Positions 55,652 to 64,000 of a stretch of 64,000 bases of DNA are shown here, one piece after another; positions within the stretch are counted from its first letter, which is position 1, and each line of letters begins with the position of its first letter. Below the pieces are notes generated by a model that saw only the letters and a list, made by a program, of their open reading frames with translations, made no database searches and was not told where the DNA came from. Source of the stretch: Octopus vulgaris (taxonomy: Eukaryota); the NCBI GenBank assembly GCA_951406725.2, contig OX597825.1, positions 54,560,001 through 54,624,000 of the forward strand. Direction: 5' to 3'. The position numbers and the translations under genes were made by a program.

Positions 55652-55696
55652 GGACCACTGATGCGGTCACAGGAGTGTGACGAAAGAACTTTGGCC
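55652..55696 (+). ncRNA. Hammerhead-like motif in the PLE pseudo-LTR (non-canonical core); identical copies at 60198-60242 (+) and 54615-54659 (-)
   Basis: GGACCA [CUGAUGCG] GUCAC-AGGAGU-GUGAC [GAAA] G-AA-C UU | UGGCC. Confidence 0.55.
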
Positions 55697-55792
55697 GAAA
55701 TAAGATTAAGATTAATGTAAAAAATAAATATCACTGAAGCAAAATAACACCAAATATATAGTGCGTGTGTTTTTATTGGCTAAACTGGCAAT

Positions 55793-58700
55793 ATGACCAT
55801 TCCGAAATATAACAATATCTGTTTCAACACACGACTTCACATAAAAAATCTTGCACAACAAATATTTAAACGTACTAACGTGAGCCACAGCCAGGCTTGC
55901 AAGATGCTGAAGAACACTATATTTTGTTGCCTAAAGAAAACTGTGACAACGCAACAGCTTCGTTTTATAAAAAAATGTGTCTCGTCCAGGATATGTATCA
56001 ACAAGGTCACAGCCAACGTTAAACGGCTTGACCTCACTAACGGACAAGCGGAAAGACTAAAAAGGACGCTAATGGTAAATATTAGAAATAGAATATACAG
56101 AGAGCTGAGCGAACAAGAGAAGCGTAAACGTATATTTTTAAAAGAAATTAAAAGTATCACCACACGAAAGGAGAAAACCTTAATAATGGATATAATATAT
56201 GAAGAAAACAGACATGTAATACACCAATGCAATATCCATTTTAAGAGGAAGTTATCGTGGTTGAAACAGAAACGTCAATATGAGCTTGCAAACGAAGAAA
56301 AGCAGAAGTATCCAGATACAATAAATGGAATTATTATGGAAGATGTGCTACTACCAGAAGAGTTCAATAAAGACAATGAAGCGAACATCTATGGGGGAGT
56401 AACAACGGACCCAGATGAAATATCGATACTTCAACTACCACCAAAGTATGCAGTGTATAGTAAAGTGAATACCATCAAATGCCTGTCCGAGATTGAAAAG
56501 TCGTTCACAAAAATACGTTGGAATTTAAATAGATACTATGACAACAACACTTGCGACAACAACAACAACGCGAAAAACACTAACCGCAGCAACAACAACA
56601 CAAACAATAATGACCGCAACAATAACAACCGTAGCAACAAAAGCAACACGAACCCTAACAGCGGCAACAACAACAACAACACGAACCCTAACAGCGACAA
56701 CAACAATAACAATAGAAAAAATGTATGCATAGACACAAACAATAGATACAAAAACAAAAACACAAACAGAGAGAGAAAAATCGTATACAACAGCAACAAC
56801 AACAACAATTATAGGGAGAACCGACACACAAACACACACACAGATAGCCATAGTCACAAAGACACGAATAAAAGTTGTGTCATAGGGGTCACGATGGAGA
56901 ATAAAGTTGAATGCAACAGGATCCTTGGACAGGGAGTCAGCGGACTTGAAACAGATAACAATACTCATAGGAACAAAAATAACGACCGCAACAGGGGGAT
57001 TGACAGGGACCAACAGACAGACATAAAACCCAACACTAATATAAACAACACATATACCAGAAACAGGAACAATGAATATATCACTAGCGATGATAGTAAT
57101 AATGGCAATGGTAGGAATAAAGGTAATGACAATAATAGTGGTAGTAGTAGTGGTGATGGTAACAGTAGAAGTAGTAATGAGGATAGTAGTGATAGTTGTG
57201 GTGGTAATAGGAATACTAGTAGTAGTAGTAGTGGTAATGGTGATAATAATAATAGGAAGGCTGATGTTGGAAACAGTAACGATAATGAAGATAATCCTAG
57301 AGAGACCATTGACATGTATACCCATCCCTTTGACACTCAATTCTTCAACGTATGCGACAAAACTTACTGCATGAACCGAATGTATCCAACAACATTACCC
57401 TTCAACAAAAGAGTATACATCCCAAGACGTACTAATGACCACATGGAAGCACAGTTCACTATAGCTAGGACCAAACTTAGACAGATTTTAGGATTATACA
57501 TTAAGAGACAGAGACAGAATAAGACAGATGCCCAACAACTAGGGATTAAACCTGCATGTGGCCTACAGAAGCTCATTCAGCGCACGAGGAACGGAGAGGT
57601 GATATGCCTTCCCACGGATAAGTCCGGCAGGATGTCAATAGACAGCTTACCGAACTACATCCAGGCAATGCAACCTCATATCGCCAATACAAAAGTAACA
57701 ACTGTACAGGCGCATGAGGAGAGAGAAAAGGTCCTCAATGCCCACATGATGATGTGGACAATTGTTCTGGGACCTCAGAAACGTACTGCAAAGAATTTCC
57801 AAGCCTGGAACAATGATATCCCGGCACTGTATGGACTTCGCAAGGACCATAAAGGTTTTACTGACCCTATAGCAGGACCACCAACAAGACCAGTCTGTGG
57901 AGCGAATATCGCTAGCAATTACAGAATCTCCTACTTCCTCTCAATGATCATACGCCCTATAATCAGGATGTCACCTGATGTGTGTGACAGCACAGAAGAT
58001 CTCCTAAGCAGGATCAGTGACTGTAACAAAACTTGTGACTTGACAGGATGTATAGTAGGTAGCATGGATGTGGTATCCCTATACCCATCGATTGACGTAG
58101 ATTTTGCAGTGGAGAAGTGCGTGGAGATGATCAACGAGAGCCAGGTGGAGTTCTGTAATGTCGACACAGAAGAACTGGGCCTCCTACTTAGACTGACATA
58201 TAATAGTGAATACTTAGATAAACATAATCTTAGTAGTTTCTGCCCCAGTAGATGTTTAAGAGGTAGACCGCCTACAATTACTTCTATGGCTAGGAAGACA
58301 CATATAGAAAGATGGCGCGGATGGACCAGAGCCATACGGAGCCCCGCAAATGTCCATCAGGTAAAGAAAATGATCGCACATGCACTAGGAGCTAGTATAA
58401 GAGTTACCCTAAAAGGCCACACATTTAAATTTAATAATAAAATATATGCCCAGGACGAGGGGGCAGCCATCGGTGTTAGTATCGCTGGTGATGTGGCCAA
58501 CCTCTTCATGGTATGGTGGGACAGAAGGCTTAAAGAATGCCTACTGCAGAAATCCATACTCGTAAACATGTACTCTCGCTATGTTGATGATATCAATATA
58601 GTAGTAAAGGCACCCCCACAAGAGAGTACTGTTGATATAGTAATAGAAACTAATACTATGGAGAGCATCCAGCAAATAGCTAACTCCATCCACCAGAGTA

Positions 58701-59716
58701 TTAAGGTCACAATAGACTACCCCACTAAACACCCCAACCATAGACTACCAGTACTAGACACTGAACTCTGGCTAGAAATTGTGAAAAATAAAACCCAAAT
58801 CCTTCATTCATACTATGCAAAACCTATGGCCTCAAAATACCTGATCCACCGGAACTCAGCCATTGCGGGCAATGCCAAATTCAATATTTTGATGGCAGAC
58901 CTCGTCAGAATAATGAGAAATGTGTCACGCATGTGCGAGCCTACAGAATTAAAGAGACACATACAGTATTTCATTCACCGCATGCAGTTCTCAGGTTACA
59001 GCCATAAAGAAAGGATCAGAGTATACAAAGGAGCCATGAAGAAATTTGATAATATATTATGTAATGATAGGAATGGGATTTGCCCACTCTATAGGAACAA
59101 GTCATGGAACACTATAGAAAGGACAAAAAAGAAAATAGAGAAGGCCAACTCTTGGTATGATAGCCATAAATACCAGAGTGTCATGTTCGTTGACACCACC
59201 CCTGGAGGTGAACTAGCGTACCGCTTTAGAAGGACCCTAGATAAACTTAAACTAAGAATTAAGGTTGTTGAAAAGCCAGGCAATCCTATCAGATCTATAA
59301 TTGGTAGAAGCTATCCTTTTAGTAGAACTCTCTGTACGGATAACTATTGCACTGTATGTAGATTTAGCCCACAAACGAACTGTAAAGCCAGAAATGTGGT
59401 CTATAGTATAAGATGTATAGAGGGACGATGCAGTAACAAGACAGTAACATACGTAGGGGAAACTGCAAGAAGCATTGGTGAGCGGGTGAATGAACATTGG
59501 AGACAACTCAAGGAAGGTAAAAGCTCATCGATTCTGTACCAACACGCCGAACAAGAACACGGGGGATCAATCAATAACATAGAGATTAAGATATTGTCCA
59601 CACATAGAACAGATGCAACAATTAGACAAATTACAGAAGCTACACATATAATAGAAAATAAACCTAGCCTGAATAGAAAACTAGAATGGAGCAATAGCGC
59701 ACACCACAACATATGA
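55793..59716 (+). CDS. PLE polyprotein: reverse transcriptase + GIY-YIG endonuclease (1307 aa)
   Basis: PTDKSG, LYGLRKDHK...RPV, GSMDVVSLYPSID, YAQDEGAAIG...ANLFM, YSRYVDD, LPVLD; Cys-rich linker CTDNYCTVC; NVVYSIRC...YVGET.R....R..EH. Confidence 0.96.
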   Translation: MTIPKYNNICFNTRLHIKNLAQQIFKRTNVSHSQACKMLKNTIFCCLKKTVTTQQLRFIKKCVSSRICINKVTANVKRLDLTNGQAERLKRTLMVNIRNRIYRELSEQEKRKRIFLKEIKSITTRKEKTLIMDIIYEENRHVIHQCNIHFKRKLSWLKQKRQYELANEEKQKYPDTINGIIMEDVLLPEEFNKDNEANIYGGVTTDPDEISILQLPPKYAVYSKVNTIKCLSEIEKSFTKIRWNLNRYYDNNTCDNNNNAKNTNRSNNNTNNNDRNNNNRSNKSNTNPNSGNNNNNTNPNSDNNNNNRKNVCIDTNNRYKNKNTNRERKIVYNSNNNNNYRENRHTNTHTDSHSHKDTNKSCVIGVTMENKVECNRILGQGVSGLETDNNTHRNKNNDRNRGIDRDQQTDIKPNTNINNTYTRNRNNEYITSDDSNNGNGRNKGNDNNSGSSSGDGNSRSSNEDSSDSCGGNRNTSSSSSGNGDNNNRKADVGNSNDNEDNPRETIDMYTHPFDTQFFNVCDKTYCMNRMYPTTLPFNKRVYIPRRTNDHMEAQFTIARTKLRQILGLYIKRQRQNKTDAQQLGIKPACGLQKLIQRTRNGEVICLPTDKSGRMSIDSLPNYIQAMQPHIANTKVTTVQAHEEREKVLNAHMMMWTIVLGPQKRTAKNFQAWNNDIPALYGLRKDHKGFTDPIAGPPTRPVCGANIASNYRISYFLSMIIRPIIRMSPDVCDSTEDLLSRISDCNKTCDLTGCIVGSMDVVSLYPSIDVDFAVEKCVEMINESQVEFCNVDTEELGLLLRLTYNSEYLDKHNLSSFCPSRCLRGRPPTITSMARKTHIERWRGWTRAIRSPANVHQVKKMIAHALGASIRVTLKGHTFKFNNKIYAQDEGAAIGVSIAGDVANLFMVWWDRRLKECLLQKSILVNMYSRYVDDINIVVKAPPQESTVDIVIETNTMESIQQIANSIHQSIKVTIDYPTKHPNHRLPVLDTELWLEIVKNKTQILHSYYAKPMASKYLIHRNSAIAGNAKFNILMADLVRIMRNVSRMCEPTELKRHIQYFIHRMQFSGYSHKERIRVYKGAMKKFDNILCNDRNGICPLYRNKSWNTIERTKKKIEKANSWYDSHKYQSVMFVDTTPGGELAYRFRRTLDKLKLRIKVVEKPGNPIRSIIGRSYPFSRTLCTDNYCTVCRFSPQTNCKARNVVYSIRCIEGRCSNKTVTYVGETARSIGERVNEHWRQLKEGKSSSILYQHAEQEHGGSINNIEIKILSTHRTDATIRQITEATHIIENKPSLNRKLEWSNSAHHNI

Positions 59717-60356
59717 CAATAGTGGATCCTGCAAACATAATAAATACACAGGTAATTAAAGAAATAGAAATTAATATCTATATGTGTATATATGTGTGTA
59801 TATATGTATATATATGTATATGTATATGTATATGTATGTATATATATATATGTATATGTATATTCTTTTTTTTTTTTTTTTTTCGATTAGATTTATTATT
59901 ATTATTACTAATATTGTTGTTATACATACATACAAGCATATGTAATGATAATAATGGGTGGATGTAAACACATGAACAAAATTAGAACAAAAGCAACAAC
60001 AACAAAAACAAAATACAAATTACAAGAATGTATATAACCAGAAGATACAAATATTACAGGCATCCCCCCCACACACACACTAAATAAACATAGACGCACA
60101 TAGAGATATAAGCATGCGCAAATGAAGACATACAATAGAAATACAAAATGGCTGACGGTTAGTAAGGAGAGACATAAGTAAGTGAGAAGAAAACAAAGGA
60201 CCACTGATGCGGTCACAGGAGTGTGACGAAAGAACTTTGGCCGAAATAAGATTAAGATTAATGTAAAAAATAAATATCACTGAAGCAAAATAACAGCAAA
60301 TATATAGTGCGTGTGTTTTTATTGGCTAAACTGGCAATATGACCATTCCGAAATAT

Positions 60357-60421
<65 letters not shown>

Positions 60422-60422
60422 A

Positions 60423-61480
60423 TCAGGCTGAGTAAATAATACTTGACGTTTCGAAACACGAAACTCATCACAATATATTTCAACAATGCGGAAATTTTAT
60501 TCACCAAACTAAGTCCATTACAATCAACGCATTTTTGCGAACGAGTTAAAAGTTTGCTTATTGCAGTAACATAAAAATCTGGAGTTCTTAAGCTGATGTA
60601 TTCTTTGAACGAACTTTCAGCATCGTTTTGAATTGGAACCCCTTCTCTCGCAGGAAAACATAATGGTGCTTGAAAAAGTGATAGTCAGTAACAGAAAGAT
60701 CTGGGGAATAAGCTGGGTAGGGAAAGGAACTTCGTAGCCAAGTTTCCTGAACTTCTAGAGCATCGTTAGTGAAAAGTGTGATCGAGCATCGTCATGAAGA
60801 ATGATTGACCCTCTTCTGTTGACAAATCTGGGAACGGAGGAGTAGCAGTTTTTCGCTCATTTTGGCAATTTCATGGCAATATGCTTCTGCAGTTATGGTC
60901 TTTCCAGGTCTTAAGAAGTTACAGTGGGTGAGTCCAGTAGTAATCACCAAACAGTCACCATAATCTTCTTTTGCAAGAGTTCCGGTTTAGGGAAAGTTTT
61001 CGGTGCGAAGAACGTTTTTATTATTATTGTACAGTATTCACTTTTCACCACAAGTTACAATACGGTCGAGAAATGGATCGGTCTAATTAAGGAGCAAAAG
61101 TGATGAGCAAATTTCATATCTGCGCATTTTCTGATTTTTTTTTAAATCGTGAGGTACCCGTTTGTCGAGACTTTTCCATTTTCCGATTGCATACAATGGT
61201 TGCTGGCAGTTTTCTGGATAACATGAAGCTCTTTTGCTAATTCTCGAGTGATTTTACGTGGATCTTTCTCAATGACGGTCTTTAGTTGACCGTCATCGAT
61301 GACAGGATGACAGATGGGCGTCCAGATGTCTCCCCTGCGAAATCATTTAAAATATTTTCGAGCTGACCACCCACTGATCATTTCTTCACCAAACATTTCG
61401 TTGATATCGCGAGCAGTTTCAACTGTTTTACGTCTTCTTTTTTTTTTAAGTTGAATAGCATTATCAGACGAATGCAGCCA
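60423..61480 (-). mobile_element. Decayed mariner (DD34D) element
   Basis: Minus strand ILHDDARSH and PAYSPDLSVTDYHFFKH; left end TA|TCAGGCTGAGTAAA next to (TA)n. Confidence 0.75.
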
Positions 61481-61489
61481 CATCTAAGA

Positions 61490-62665
<1,176 letters not shown>

Positions 62666-62672
62666 TAATAAT

Positions 62673-63107
62673 AACCACAGATTTGCTTGTCAGTTGTTTG
62701 ACCTTAACCAGTTGAGCATGTCCCTTAGTGGCTGACGATATGTGCATCTCTGATCACGAGCAGAAGTAGTGGGGGAGCATCATAGCCATGTGTTGAGAGG
62801 GATTCTTTGGGGTTTGAATAGTTCACCTCTGGAAATATGGGTGGTTCTTTCAACATCCTTAAACAACCCTTATTCAGGGACCGTTTGAGCGGGATAGGCT
62901 ACTCAACCTGAAGAAAATTCTAAATGGGCCCCACCTGCAAGGTCATGTGCTGTTTATCTTGGTATGAGATCACCATGTCGCGCACATATGGTTGTGATGC
63001 ATGTGCCTGGTGTACCTTTATCAGACGGGTAGTCATGATGGGTATATTGGGCTTCGTATATTTTACCCCAGTGTCACTTTGATGGCATGAACTACTCTCT
63101 CACTTAA
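62673..63107 (+). mobile_element. ~560-bp (AAT)n-embedded repeat, copy 4 (5'-truncated)
   Basis: Matches the 3' ~435 bp of copy 3; (AAT)n on both sides. Confidence 0.87.
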
Positions 63108-63109
63108 TG

Positions 63110-63234
<125 letters not shown>

Positions 63235-63256
63235 AAGAAGAAGAAGAAGAAGAAGA

Positions 63257-63942
<686 letters not shown>

Positions 63943-64000
63943 TCTCTCCACTCCTTTTCTGCTTGGCACTGTCACCTCTATCTGATATGCTAAATAGAAC

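Larger units (their letters stand above)
54437..60363 (+). mobile_element. Penelope-like element (EN+, C-terminal GIY-YIG; Neptune/Nematis-like), apparently intact, with a 5' inverted arm and tandem pseudo-LTRs
   Basis: 54437-55632 is an inverted copy of 59224-60363 plus extra ORF 5' sequence; 55630-55817 is a direct repeat of 60176-60363; flanked by (TA)n on both sides. Confidence 0.95.

Noticed and set aside
55140-55670. 176-aa minus-strand ORF as a separate GIY-YIG gene
   Set aside because: It is the inverted duplicate of the PLE C-terminus, with a GTG start contributed by antisense pseudo-LTR sequence across the junction.

Overview
AT-rich, microsatellite-saturated eukaryotic (animal) DNA. 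The repeat landscape resembles an octopus-like cephalopod; this is inference, not a database match. Almost the whole window is non-genic and packed with transposons. The only host coding signal found is one 107-bp + strand exon (25462-25568) encoding the start of an Ig domain of the Dpr/DIP/lachesin/IgLON type. Mobile content: (1) the 5' part of an apparently intact Tx1/L1-clade LINE (ORF1 with a zinc knuckle and an APE-endonuclease ORF2, overlapping at ATGA), abutting a (GATA)n tract. (2) A nest of R4/Dong-like RLE LINE fragments in (AAT)n tracts. (3) Three tRNA-derived SINE families. (4) Five copies of an ORF-less ~560-bp (AAT)n-embedded element. (5) Decayed maT/DD37D, mariner, RTE and CR1/L2-type relics and a MITE. 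(6) An intact-looking Penelope-like element (PLE; 1307-aa RT + GIY-YIG, with inverted plus tandem pseudo-LTRs, inside (TA)n). The most notable hidden layer is a set of hammerhead ribozyme (HHR) motifs in PLE-type repeats: a fully canonical tandem pair (36.5-36.9 kb), a U3-A8 core variant with extended stem I in an ORF-less triple repeat (27.0-27.5 kb), a CUGAUGCG variant present three times in the intact PLE, and decayed copies. All RNA folds and alignments were done by eye.
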